From contig CM022679.1 in the NCBI GenBank assembly GCA_012295275.1, positions 8,184,001 to 8,248,000 on the forward strand: a DNA stretch of 64,000 bases. Direction: 5' to 3'. The notes below the pieces were generated by a model that was not told where the DNA came from, did no database searches, and saw only the letters and a list, made by a program, of their open reading frames with translations. The position numbers were made by a program, and so were the translations under genes. The number at the start of each line of letters is the position of its first letter. The first letter of the stretch is position 1. The DNA comes from Chrysomallon squamiferum (Eukaryota > Animalia > Mollusca). Below, piece after piece: positions 31,801 through 44,676 of this stretch.

Positions 31801-33353
31801 TATCTATCACATTACTTTCTTCCACTGAAACATAATACAACATTGTTTTTCTTTGTTCCATTGCTTGAAATACTACACCACTGTGATTCATGTTAGTACA
31901 CTGTTAGACTTTGTGTTAAGTCCAGTTGGCTATCAATTTACTGGTCATATTGGCAAGGTGACCTTTATAACAAATGTACAAGCACTGCCAAGATGATTCA
32001 GTATCATTAATCTTTCACATGTTACTTCAACATTAAATCTTAACATTGTCACCCAAAAGCATTTCCCCCCCACTCTTTCGTTGTAATCTATTTTCATTTA
32101 AAGAGGCTTTTTTTACTGCATTATAAATTAGATATATATATATATAGGCACACATTCAAAATGGATTTTTTAAGACTATCAAAAAATGTTAGCTTAACCT
32201 TGAAAGACAAAACTAATATAAAATAAAATGGTGGGGTTTTTTAAATTATTATTGTTAATTTATTTTGTTTTCCGTTGTTTGTTTTTTTTAAATACATTAA
32301 TTATTCAAAAATTATTCCATATTTAAAATAATAATAACAGAGAAAAATTTTTCTTTTTGTTAAAATAATTTTTCATAGAAAGTAATTTAACGTTAAGAAA
32401 AATATTTTTAATAAAATAAAATGATATAATTGTGATCATTGTCATTTTATTTTATTTTATTTTATTCTGTTCTATTTTTTCCAGCTTATGGACTGAAATG
32501 TTACGAGTGTAACTCCCATATACAACAAGCCTGTGCAGGTGATGTGGCCAAGTTCAAAGACCAGTTCCTTATAGATTGTCCACAGAATGCTACATCATGC
32601 AGGAAAATCCAGCAACAAGGTAAAACTATATAGTTTTCTTTTATTATTGTTCTTTTTTTTTTTCATTCCTTTCTTAGAAGTGTTATTAAGTTACATCTCT
32701 GACCAAATTGATTTGCCACATGAACATTTTAAAAGTTGTTCCATATCATGGGTGTATTGAATGTAAAAACAGTATTTGTGTTGATTTGATATTTGTTAAC
32801 AATAAATTGTATTTAGGAGTGGTGTTAGTGTTTTTAATATTAAAACAATTTCACATGGAAATTTTAAGATTCAACTTGTTAAATTTTATTATCAGTACTG
32901 CACTGGTAATTTCAGTATGCACTCCTGAATGCCATATTGCATTATTAGTATTATAAATATTAGTTGCAGTATTTATAGTATATTATTATAGAATTACTAT
33001 CATCATTATTGATATTTTATTATTATTATTATTTTTACTGTTATTTTTATTACAATTTTATTACTTTTATTAATACTGCTATTATTATTTATAATGTTTT
33101 TGATGTCGTCATCATCATCATCATCATTATTGTTATTATTTCAGTCTACTATTCTGATGACTACCATGACAGAACAATTCGCCAGTGTTCGTTTGTCATG
33201 GACCCTCCAACAAGCTGCATTGACAGGACAGGCACCTACCGATTCAAAACATCTTACTGCCATTGCCTTGATGAAGGTTGCAACAGCGGCCACACCATCG
33301 TCGTTTCCTTCATACTTCTAGCACTCACTCATATACTCACAAAAGTGTTGTAA
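28775..33353 (+). CDS. Ly6/uPAR three-finger GPI-anchored protein 1, crooked/quiver(sleepless)-like, 134 aa: join(28775..28835,32485..32619,33145..33353)
   Basis: MQPSYLLLPFQILLLVFFEKAYG|LKCYECNSHIQQACAGDVAKFKDQFLIDCPQNATSCRKIQQQVYYSDDYHDRTIRQCSFVMDPPTSCIDRTGTYRFKTSYCHCLDEGCNSGHTIVVSFILLALTHILTKVL. Signal peptide, 10 Cys, CxxC start, CRK..Q, RTGxY, CxC..GCN, hydrophobic GPI tail, N-glycan sequon NAT. Confidence 0.92.
32485..32619 (+). CDS. Ly6 gene 1 exon 2
   Basis: ttccag|...|gtaaaa, 135 nt, AYGLKCYEC...CRKIQQQ. Confidence 0.93.
33145..33353 (+). CDS. Ly6 gene 1 exon 3
   Basis: ttcag|...TAA; VYYSDDY...CHCLDEGCN plus hydrophobic tail; likely polyA signal AATAAA at 35945-35950. Confidence 0.93.
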
Positions 33354-36300
33354 ATGAAGGGGACAATATCGTTAAACAAAGAAAAAGCCAGTAAAAAAAA
33401 ATAATTTTTTTAAAACATTTTTTATACACAGAAAATAAGTGATCATTTTAATAGAAATTTAGTTTTTTTTAACAGTAAATTTTCAACAGATAGAAGAACA
33501 TATTTGTAAAAAAAAAAAAAAAAATTAAAATGACCAGTTGTCATAAATATTTAGCTACTACAGATCACTTAAATTTAAATTTAATTTGTTTTTTTTTTTT
33601 TTTTAATTCCACAAATTAATCTAGAGTGTTTACTCAAGGCAATATTTTATTGTATTATTTTTATTATTGGTAACTGTTAGTATTACAGTTACACTGATAC
33701 CCAAGTATGAAGGTTAATGTAACATGATTTTCAGACAAATATTTTTAGTGTTAATAACCCATACACAAACTCAAACTGACAAAAAAAAACCAGCAACAAT
33801 AGCCAAATGATGGCAGTCTTATGCACAACTTTGATTTTAGAAATTAAAAATGATCTGATTTTTTAAATTATTATTATTTTATAATGAGTGTAAATATATA
33901 ATATATTTTCTGAAAATGGTGTTACATTAGTCATGCTATTATTGAGAATTATATGTTGTTTTTAAAACAAAGGTTTCCTTGTACTAAACAGGTACAGCGA
34001 CCATCGATAAGCACTTTGTAACTATGCACAAACAACACAATGTGTGTGTGTGTGTATATTTTGATAGACACAACAGGGTTTTATCAAAGTATATACAATA
34101 TATTCCTCTGTGTAAGGATTACTGGTATGCCGTTTTATGACGTTACTGTTTGTTACATCTTCACAATGTCCATTTTCTTGTGAAGAAAACAACAAAAAGA
34201 ATTACAGATTAAAAAAAAAAAAAAAGAAAGAAAGAAAAACAGTGCACAATGATTAATAACTACTTTGGAAAGCATCTTTCTATCAAGGGCATGACTGGAA
34301 TTTGTATTTTGTGAAAAAGAAATGTCTTATTTTTACGGTGTATACTTCAGATGTTTGATAATGTACTTTTGTATGTGTACGAGATTGAAACTGAATTTTT
34401 TTAAACAGAATTTACTAGTATCTTTCTAAAAACTGATATTTTTGCATGGTTTCTGTCGGTAAATGTAATTTTCAGAAATGCTTGATATAGGATATTGAAA
34501 TTAATCGGGCATTGCATTATGAAGTAGTTTTAATCAGATTCGGTTATCAAACCTTGTTGTGTTAGGACATCATCAGGTTGGTTAATCATGTCAGGAAATG
34601 AGGTTGGCGAAAGAAACGGAATTAACTTGATTTAAAATATTTAATTTCAAGTAAGCCTTGGATTTCAAACAATTTGATTTTCACTAAGCCTCTACTATCT
34701 CCATCTGAAATTTAAAATTTTACTTTTTTCTCATCTTCCTATTATTGTTGTTTTTTTCCTTTATTTCTTTTTTTCTTTTGTTCTTTCTTTACATTTTTAT
34801 TATTATTTTCTTCTTGTTGTTGTTGTTTACTTGCTTGCATTTCGTGATATTTTTTTTCATTTTCTTTACTATCTTACCTCTGTGGTGATAAACTGATTGT
34901 GTTACCTAATCCCTTTAATCCACATTCTAATTAAAACTGGATCTTACCATCTGTCGAGTTACTCTGGATATCTGATCAGTTCCACAATGATAATAACGTT
35001 AGGGATCACCAAGTTAATGAATTCTGAAATCCTGTTTTAATTTTCTCTCACAAACCACCAACCTCATATTTCTAGAACAGTCGCTCAGCATAGCAACATT
35101 GTATTAAAATGTCTGTGTTATTTTTGTGTTCCATTTGTATCTTACGCTGAATGGTGAAATTAAATTTTACAAAGGTTTCAGTGATGATATTCCGTTACAC
35201 TTGTTTATATGAAATAGCAATAGTATTTAGTTTGACCATTCATTAAAACATTCCTCCGGTATAACATAATCCAGAAGTAATTATTATTATTATTATTATT
35301 ATTGTCCTTTTTTAATCAGTTTTTAATTTAATTTTTTTTTTAAATGTACCTGTTCTAGTCTTTATAGTTACTTAAACATTTGTTATTGTTGTTTCCAGTT
35401 AAAAAACCACTTAATATTGTTACCACTAGCTATGTGTTCTGTACACTTAATGAATTTCTTTTTAAATAATTTTCTTTTAATTTCAAATTTTCACCAAGAT
35501 TATTACATTTAATTCACATTTTTTTAACAAGATATGTTCTTATTGTGGTGCCCTAGACATTCTTTACCTGCTCAACACATTTGCAGTTACTTTATTTTGC
35601 ATTTTATTTTGCATTTTAGTACATAATCGAATACTCTATGGCATTTTAAAAATTATTTTTCAACTTTTTATGTTCTGTTATTATAAACCAAATCATCATG
35701 TATTAATAAGTGTTAATGTCCGCTGCATTATTTTATTAATGATTATGTATCTATTATTCAATAATTTCAGCCAGTTTATTTTCAAAAATGATAAAGAATG
35801 CAGTAAATATTTTGGTACAATTATACGATTTTTTATTAATATATATTTTTAATTTTTTTATTTTAATTTTTTTTTTTTTTTTTTTTCTATATTACTTACG
35901 GTCTTAATGTTCTGATTAAAACGAGTAATTGTTGGTTATAACAAAATAAAGGTTGTGCAGTGTTGGTCTTCCTAGAAAAATAATCAGTTTTTTTTTAATC
36001 AAACTAGGAAGGAGTAAGAAATCGTTTTTAACTATTTTATTAATGACAGGCCTCATAAACATCACTGTAACTGTAACTATAAATTTCAGATGGAGTAGAT
36101 GAACATAAAAATTAAACTTAACCTTAGATTTATGAAAGTTTATCTTAAATGTTTTTGAAACTTCAGCATAGGCATATAGAGAAGTCTTTGCTTATATCAT
36201 TTGAATTGCAGATTGGCTTCAACTTGATTATATAGATGGAATAACCTTTGTTATTATTGTTATTAATTATTATTATTTTTATTATTATAATTATTATTTT

Positions 36301-37510
36301 GCTACTACTACTATTACTATTATTATTATTGTTATTATTATTATTATATAATGCAGTAATATAATTTTCTTTTTAATTGTGTTCAGGTCACATGTTAATT
36401 AACAGTGAATTAGTATTTAGGTTTTAAGTTAGTATTTCTGAGGCTATCACATGATAGCATATTGTGTTCTCATCTTTGTACATACTGTACCCTGTTTTTA
36501 GTATTTTAATGTACCTAATCAACACAGTTAAACTGGAATTCTTTAATATTAAAATAAATCGTGGAAGTAAGAAAAATGTGACACAATAATTATTTTTTCT
36601 TCCTATTCTGTTTTGTTTAATTTTAATTTTAATGTATTTTATGTTCAAAAGCTTGTTGGAAAGTTCTGTTTTTTTGGTAAAAAAATAGTAATTTAGAATC
36701 GGGCTCGTTGTGCCTATTTTAACTGATATGTTTAGGAATATCAATTATTTTACAAAGTTGTATAAATGTTACTTGAGTGATACGTAGATAAATATAGATT
36801 TTAGTGTAAAAATGTCTTTCTTACTCCATTCTTTGTTTTCAATAAACGGATTATAGATATTCAGTGTTTCTTACGATTTTTGCTTATAATTTCAGATGAC
36901 TGTCACAACGCAGTATAATAAAATGGTATCGTTAAGTTTCCTACAATGAACCAGTGGTATCGGACAACGTTCGTAAAATGAAACGTGTTTTGTTTTAAAC
37001 AATAAATAAGAAAATTTATCAGAAAAAAAAAAAAATAAAAGAAGAAGAAGGAGGAAAGTTTTAAACTCAAAACTAAATAAATCAAGGCAGGGCCAGAACA
37101 TGATCTCGTAACGCTAACGTCAATGCTACATGAATAGAATACAATTTTTTTTTTTAAAATAAATAAATGAAATGATTTTCATTATGAATAAGAAGACATC
37201 GGTCGGCTAAAAGTCGCTGGATGCACTCAAATATTCAAACGGGCATTAAATGATTCAGGAATGATGATCTGAAATGTCACGAATCAGTTTTGATTTATCG
37301 TGTCCACTCACCTGTCAGAAATCACTGTTAAGAAAACCGATTTATAAAAACTGACCACCGTTCTGACCTTCAGGTGTTTTTTAATGGGACTTGGTTTTCA
37401 CCTCTCTGCCTCAGAAATCATTTGAAAATGATTAGAAAAGAATTAATACAATGGACTTAGCATACATATTGACTTAATGTTAAACCATGGTTTATGTTAG
37501 TATGCACTGA

Positions 37511-38030
37511 TACTGCGACCATACATTTTATGTAAATGCAACAAATGTGTTGTATACTGCGCCCAGATATTGTATGTAAAATGCAACAAATGTGTTGTAT
37601 GCAACGCCCCCTGATATTGTATGGAAATGTACGAAGTTATATACTGCGCCCTGTATGTAAATCCAACAAGTATGGCGTAAATTGCGCCCTGGTATACATT
37701 GTATACACTGTGCACTGATATTGTATGGAACGTCGCGAGTATTATGTACTACGCATTGATATTGTATGGAAATGCGTAGATACTACATATAACGCCCTAA
37801 TATTCCACCGGCAAAAAAAAAATAATATATATTATACGCCCTAATACAGCACAGAAATGTACCAAGTATGTTACAATGCAATGATACTATATGAAAATGC
37901 AGCAAAAATTGTTTACTACGCGTGACATTGGATGGCAATGCACCAAGTTTGGTTTATACTATGCTCAGATACTGTACCGAATAGCACCATGTATATTAAA
38001 CTCTACGACAATGTTATCAACAACGCCCAG
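37511..38030. repeat. Degenerate ~42-bp minisatellite, about 12 copies
   Basis: Recurring unit approximating TACTGCGCCCTGATATTGTATGGAAATGCAxCAAGTATGTTA; first two copies nearly identical, later copies decay. Confidence 0.8.
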
Positions 38031-38461
38031 GTACACTAAGTGAATTTATCACGCAGTTTGATACCAATGTCGTTATTTTTATAAACACTTCAAATATGGA
38101 TCCACTAACTTACAGTCTGGTTACTTTATTTTCTGCCAGAAATTTGGTCTATAAAGTTATAAACTTCATTTTTAATGTGGAAATCGATTGAATGTTATCA
38201 CCAAAACGATATCAAGTCTCGTTTTTTTTTCGTTTTTAAAATATTTGTTTGTTTGTTTTTTGTTTGTTTGTTTGTTTTGTTTTGTTTGTTTCCGTTAGTC
38301 TCTGGTATCTGTTTTCTAGAGGTTTTTCTTTTCCCTTTTTTTAAATATATCATTTTATTCGTTATCGACGACGTCGTAGTTTTTATGTTGTTGTATTAAC
38401 TACTATAACTTTTATAATTATCATCGTTATTATTATTTTATTTTATATTTTTATATTTTTT

Positions 38462-38521
<60 letters not shown>

Positions 38522-38774
38522 CATTAATCTCAAATTTGATTTATATTACCAGTTAAGATATTATTTAAACAAAAACAAACAAAAAAATTTAAATTAGAAC
38601 AAATTAAATTAGTCATGTACCTGAAAAGTTCTGTATACGAGTTTATAACAAACATAACACACAGAAAACTCAGCAAATTTCATTAAATTTGTTATAACCG
38701 ATACTGTTACAATAGCAATAAAACAATGTCGTAGTTCGTGTTGTTTGTAGAACTCAGTCTGTTTAAAATATTCA

Positions 38775-38905
38775 AGATATGGCTAAGCGGTGTGCATGGT
38801 GAGGGAGACATGACTCATTATGTGTGGGGAAGAGTTCGAATCCCCGACGGGGTGGGCGTGGTAAACAGCACTAAACAAATCTCGAGGGCAAACAAACAAA
38901 CAAAC
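38775..38905 (+). mobile_element. tRNA-derived SINE-like remnant
   Basis: Pol III A-box TGGCTAAGCGG (38780-38790), B-box GTTCGAATCC (38834-38843), (AAAC)n tail near 38889-38905; no intact cloverleaf. Confidence 0.55.
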
Positions 38906-39009
38906 GAAATAAATAAAAATTAAAAGCATAAAAGCATGTGTGGGCTGTGTATGCATATGTGAACGTTTTTCTGTAGATTTATACTTTAATGTGTCTGTGT
39001 GTTGATGTC

Positions 39010-39057
39010 ATGTGTGTGTGTATGAATGTGTGTGTGTGTGTATGAATGAATGAATGT

Positions 39058-39089
<32 letters not shown>

Positions 39090-39098
39090 GTGTGTGTA

Positions 39099-39145
<47 letters not shown>
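39010..39145. repeat. Interrupted (TG)n microsatellite
   Basis: direct reading. Confidence 0.95.
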
Positions 39146-39146
<1 letters not shown>

Positions 39147-39300
39147 AGTGTATGTTTATATAATAATGTACCGGCAAAATATTTTTGAAACGCGTGACTT
39201 AATTTATGCAATCACATACAAAGAAATAAAACACTTATATATACCAATTTTTAAAATAAAAATGAATTAAAGTTTATAATAAGAAAAAATAAAAAAAAAA

Positions 39301-39339
<39 letters not shown>

Positions 39340-39548
39340 TGTCGATTTGTTAACTGTTCAAACATTTCGAACAGTTTCTTGAAAACAGTTTTAACCACCA
39401 TATCTGAACACAGACACCACCTGTTATAGCCACAGAACAATAAGGGTTAACTTTAGTAGGGTATAAAAACGAAACCTGTATTTAATAATGGATCTTAAAC
39501 GAATGTCGTTAAAATACCTTCTGTGTATAGAACGCCCATTCCCACGGT

Positions 39549-39550
<2 letters not shown>

Positions 39551-39630
<80 letters not shown>
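39551..39630. repeat. (CT)n microsatellite
   Basis: direct reading. Confidence 0.97.
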
Positions 39631-39632
<2 letters not shown>

Positions 39633-40335
39633 GTTACAAATGTTGCTATTGTTGAAAATATTGACCGGTTTATTAAAGATTGAGGAATATGCTTTCATGC
39701 TACCCAATCGATAACAGTGGAAATGAAATAGCTGTAACAGGCTTTTTCTTTCATATTATAATATATACATAATTGTATGTGTTGCATGCGTGTTGTTGTG
39801 TGTATGTATGTACAAGCAGGCGCCCGTTTTCCTGTGCATAAATACCATTATCAAAGAATGCTTATTGCTTATAGAGATAACAGATGCCAAAAAGTGTAAT
39901 ACCGTCATGATACAAAAATTATATGTTCACAGGTTTGCTAAAATGAAATTCAGTCTAAATAATACAAATCTAAATTTTTGTTTTGTAAAAAATATAAACA
40001 CACACAGACATACACAGACACACATACTCAACAGAAGTAAGAAACTGGAATACAGGCAGAATTATTATTTTATATATATATTTTATAGACAGTTCCAGCT
40101 TATTTTATCTAAAAAAACAGAGAATAAAACTCAGGGTTGTTTTCTCATTTACTGAAAATTTTGAGTCGAGCGTTTTTATGGGCGATATATAAATAACACA
40201 GAGATTTCGCAAAGCGAAAATTTCATTTTGGTTATTTGCAAAAAAAACGTCAAAGCTTCTGTTAGGAATATAACGATTGAAATTAAAATATTACTAAATA
40301 GAGAGAGATTGAAAAGAGAAAAAAAGAGAGAGATT

Positions 40336-40338
<3 letters not shown>

Positions 40339-40384
<46 letters not shown>
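40339..40384. repeat. (GA)n microsatellite
   Basis: direct reading. Confidence 0.95.
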
Positions 40385-40386
<2 letters not shown>

Positions 40387-40499
40387 AATTCAAGTTACTC
40401 ACATGATAGTTTCATTTCTGGTTGTCTCTGCTCTTGCAGTCTAATCTCTACGAACTTATTCGTTTTTAAAAACAAAAACAGTTTCTGTTTGAACATTTC

Positions 40500-40856
40500 G
40501 CTTCACCTGGTGACTTACTCACTCACGTCACCACTTTCAACAAAGTGTGATCACAACATGGGCGGACCCTGTTGCAAGTATCGAATACCAAATTACAGCG
40601 CAATTATTCACACCAAACCCTCCCCCCCCACGGCTCTTCGGGGTTTTGGCCAATCGCTGGCGGGCGGAGGGATGCATTATTTGTGAAACAGCAAAAGCAC
40701 GGCTGTTTGAGGAGTGCTGGTTTCTTTTCCACTGAAGTGGACTCGCTGGTTCAAAGGTTGTCATTCTGTTGACGTAGGATCCGGTTTTTAGCGTCAGCGG
40801 TCAAAGGGATTTGGACATCATCAACTCGACATCCGAAAAAAAAAAAAAACAACAAG
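40500..40856 (+). promoter_or_regulatory. Promoter/5'UTR of Ly6 gene 2
   Basis: GC/CpG-rich; GC boxes GGGCGG 40560-40565 and 40662-40667, CCAAT 40650-40654, CRE-like TCACGTCA near 40522. Confidence 0.6.
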
Positions 40857-40917
40857 ATGATGTCTCTGAACGTTGTGTTACTGTTTGCCTTCATCGCGTT
40901 ATACACTGTGCAACAAG
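40857..40917 (+). CDS. Ly6 gene 2 exon 1 (signal peptide)
   Basis: caagATG..CAA CAA G|gtaaga, 61 nt, phase 1. Confidence 0.88.
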
Positions 40918-42838
40918 GTAAGACAATGCAGTACATTGTTATAAATACCGCTTGTAAAATTTTTAATGTGTTATTTCACACTTGCCATTCCATATGATTA
41001 AGACAGTATACCACCGTGCGTAGGACATTAGAATAATTTTTAATTTTCGTCTCACAGTTGTTGTTTTTGTTGTTTTTTTACACTTCATATTTCAGTGGAA
41101 TAAAATAATGCAATATATACAAATCCTGAAACATTTTTGAAATAGGTTTTGACGATATTATTAAGTTTAAGCATTGATTTTTGAAAGACACTGTCTGTGG
41201 TACATAGGAAAACTGTATTAATTTAGTCTGCGTTCGACTTTTTCGTTTTGAAAAGAACATCTGTGTATTTTGTATCTAAATCTATGTCATTACAACTCGG
41301 AATTTGGATACGACAATGCAATGTGCGCGTACATTATGAAATATGCACAATTATTAGTTCAGTTTAGTTTTATAACGTTTTAACATTTGTTTTGAAAATG
41401 TAACGGAGAACACTGTTAACGCACTGTCAACATTTCTTGAAGAAACTGGAAGGATATGTACTAGAGGGGCTGGTGATAAGCTAATACTGTTCTTACCTTT
41501 CACAAAACTGTTTTATAAAACCGTATTAATACACTGTATTAGTAACTCATTTTAATCTGACGTGTTTTAGATTTTCAAAGATGCATTTCACTGGAATGTG
41601 ATGCAATGTAAATATTTTGAAGCTCGTCACAGCAATATTACTGTGGACAGTAATAATATGCAGGGTTTGTTGAATAGTCTAAAACTAAAAGTATAAGCAT
41701 ATTCAGATGCATGCCTGTCGTAAAGTCAAGGACACGGTTTTCAAAATAATCGCCACAATCGCGTTTTTCTGAATATCAAGAATTTTTATCTTTATAACAG
41801 TAAATTACGCCGGTGTTTTAACTCGTTGTAATTATTGCAAATTGGTAGTGCATTTTCAGTATTTGTTTGTTTATTTATTTATTTATTGTTGTTTTGGCGT
41901 GTTCCTCGTGTTTTACGTCATGCCCTGGGCAGTAGTATTTATTTTGGCTGATTATTCATAAGACAATATAAACTTATTGAAAACTATTGAAATTTTTTTT
42001 TTTTTTAGACTGTACGATATGCACAGCTATCATTTAGATTTAAAAAAATAATAATAATAATAATAATAATAAAAATAAATAAAATTACAAATCCCGGAGA
42101 AAAATAGGATATTAATGAAGACAGAAAAAAATGAATAAATAAAAACAATAAAACACAACAACAGCAACAACAACAGCTACTACTACTGCTACTACTGCTA
42201 CATATACCACTACTACTACTAATAATAATAATGTCACCGTGTATTTTTGGTGGGTTTTTTTTTATGTCAAATGTAAAACACCCGGATTTAAAGCAAGAAA
42301 AGGTAAGTCACGTGACATTCAAGTTTATCCGCCATGGGCACCCGGTGACCACGGGAACAAGACGACAGTCAGTCAGACAAGTGTGTTAAAAGTCAGTGGA
42401 CCGTGGAATGATTCGTTTGTATTAAGTTTATAGCCATTTCGTGTGAAACGTCGTTGATGGATGTCCTTTGGGTATAACTTTCCAGTGACCTTTTGTCGGT
42501 GTCAAGTAGCGACCTTGCTGACATAAGTGTGACCTCTGGGCCATTTGAAAGTCATCCGACATTTTTTAGTTCAGTGGACAGAAAGTCGTCTGTGTAAGAC
42601 AAAATTAATAAAATAAATAAATAAATAAATAAATAAAAATAAATAAATAAAATAAAAATAAAATAAAATAAAATAAAATACAATATTATAAAATAAAATA
42701 AATAAAATTAAAATTAAATCTTATCATGTTATTCTTATCATCGTCATCATCGTTATTATTATTATTTTTATTATTATTATTATCATCATCATCATCATTA
42801 TCATCATCATTATTATTATTATTATATTATTATCATCA

Positions 42839-42891
<53 letters not shown>

Positions 42892-43787
42892 GGGTTATCT
42901 TTTTTTTAATGTTTTTATTTTATTTATTTATTTATTTATTTATTTATTACTTCACTTTTTAATAAATAGTTATTATCAGTTTCCCTGTATCAATTAACAG
43001 CAGCACACTTTCTGTAGAGTTCAGTCTGTTATGACTGTATTAACATATCCTAGTAAAAAAAAAAAAAAAAAAAAAAAAAACCATTGTTCCAACATCCCTG
43101 TTTACTGTTACACCACTTCCCTACTTCAGAAACACTAGAACCCCGAACGCAAAAACTTAATCAAATAACAGGGTCCCTTAGGGAACCGGTTTTTATCAAA
43201 CCTTGCATAACTTAGTACTCGCTTGTTACAGCTGGGAACAATCTGACATTTAAAAACTAATTAACTCAAGAACGCAAGCTAAGGGACTCGCAATTCCCAT
43301 ACTTCGTCTTAATCTACTCCGATCAAAACGGTCCCAGAACAAAGACCCGTGTTGACTATAAATTGTAAAATCGATAGGGCTGTGTATGAATTATTTACAA
43401 ACCGGCTGCTATCTTGGGAAATTAAGTTAAAAAAAGAAAATGTATTTATGAAGTACGGAGGCTTAAATCTAATTTACAACGTGTTGGGCTGGAATTCCAG
43501 CTGATGAAACTTACAAATAAATAATAAATGAGGAATGGTGAGAACAGAAGTGATGGGAGAAAAAAAAAATGAAAGCATGGATATTTTTTTTTTTTTTTTT
43601 TTTTTTTTTCAGACATAAAAATGTCTGACTGCCAGAAGAATTATAGATTAATGAAATGATAGTACAATGCATATATATATATATATATATATACTCTGTA
43701 ACAATTTGTAGATGAGAAACAAAGAGACAACCAGAGAATAAAAGAGAAACGATAATGGAAATGGAGCGATAAGTGCGACACAGAGAG

Positions 43788-43860
<73 letters not shown>

Positions 43861-44614
43861 AACCGCCAATGACAACATAAATAAATAATTACAATTTATC
43901 ACAATATATATTTTTTTTAATAATATAAACCAATGATCGTTTCCATTTCTTATTTTAACAATAAAATATAAACTACAGTTATAAATAACACTATAAATAT
44001 ATACATTTTATCTCTTCAAACTGAGTAACAATTTAAACACGCTAAGGAATATCCTCCAGAGAACCAGTAGAATGTTTTAACCTTTTGATTAACGCGTTTT
44101 ATGCGCGGTGTTTCGAACATGCACGACAAGAAACACATCAATATTATTAACAGCCCGTCTGACGCCGACCTTGATCTATGATACGAGAACTTGTAGTGTG
44201 TCAGTGTTATGAGTTTCCACTTGATTATATTTTTTTTATATTAAAGAGAATACGTTTTATCATAAATACCAGAATATATGATATGATATGATATAATATA
44301 ATATAATATAATGTAATGTAATATAATATAATATAATATAATATAATATAATATAATATAATATAATATAATTTAGTGTAATATAATGTAATATAATATA
44401 ATATAATTTATTGTAATATAATATAATATAATGTAATGTAATGTAATGTAATATAATATTCTGTTTTTCAGGAGTGGCGCTGGACTGCTACCAGTGTAAC
44501 TCGTACTTGAAACAGGACTGCTGGAATCTTCCAGAAGAAACAGCGTCTGCGTACCTTAAACCATGCAAAGCCAACGCTACTGCCTGCCAGAAACAATCAC
44601 AAGAACGTAAGGAA

Positions 44615-44676
<62 letters not shown>

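Noticed and set aside
37511-38030. CRISPR-like repeat/spacer array
   Set aside because: Eukaryotic context; units are degenerate along their whole length with no constant repeat or unique spacers, and no cas genes
39391-39450. TTAACC...GGGTTAA piggyBac-like mini element
   Set aside because: Inverted match is only 6 bp; expected by chance in AT-rich DNA
42239-42308. Perfect donor aag|gtaagt in Ly6-2 intron 1 as an alternative first exon
   Set aside because: No in-frame ATG or signal peptide for a phase-1 join; overlaps the GTCACGTGAC motif
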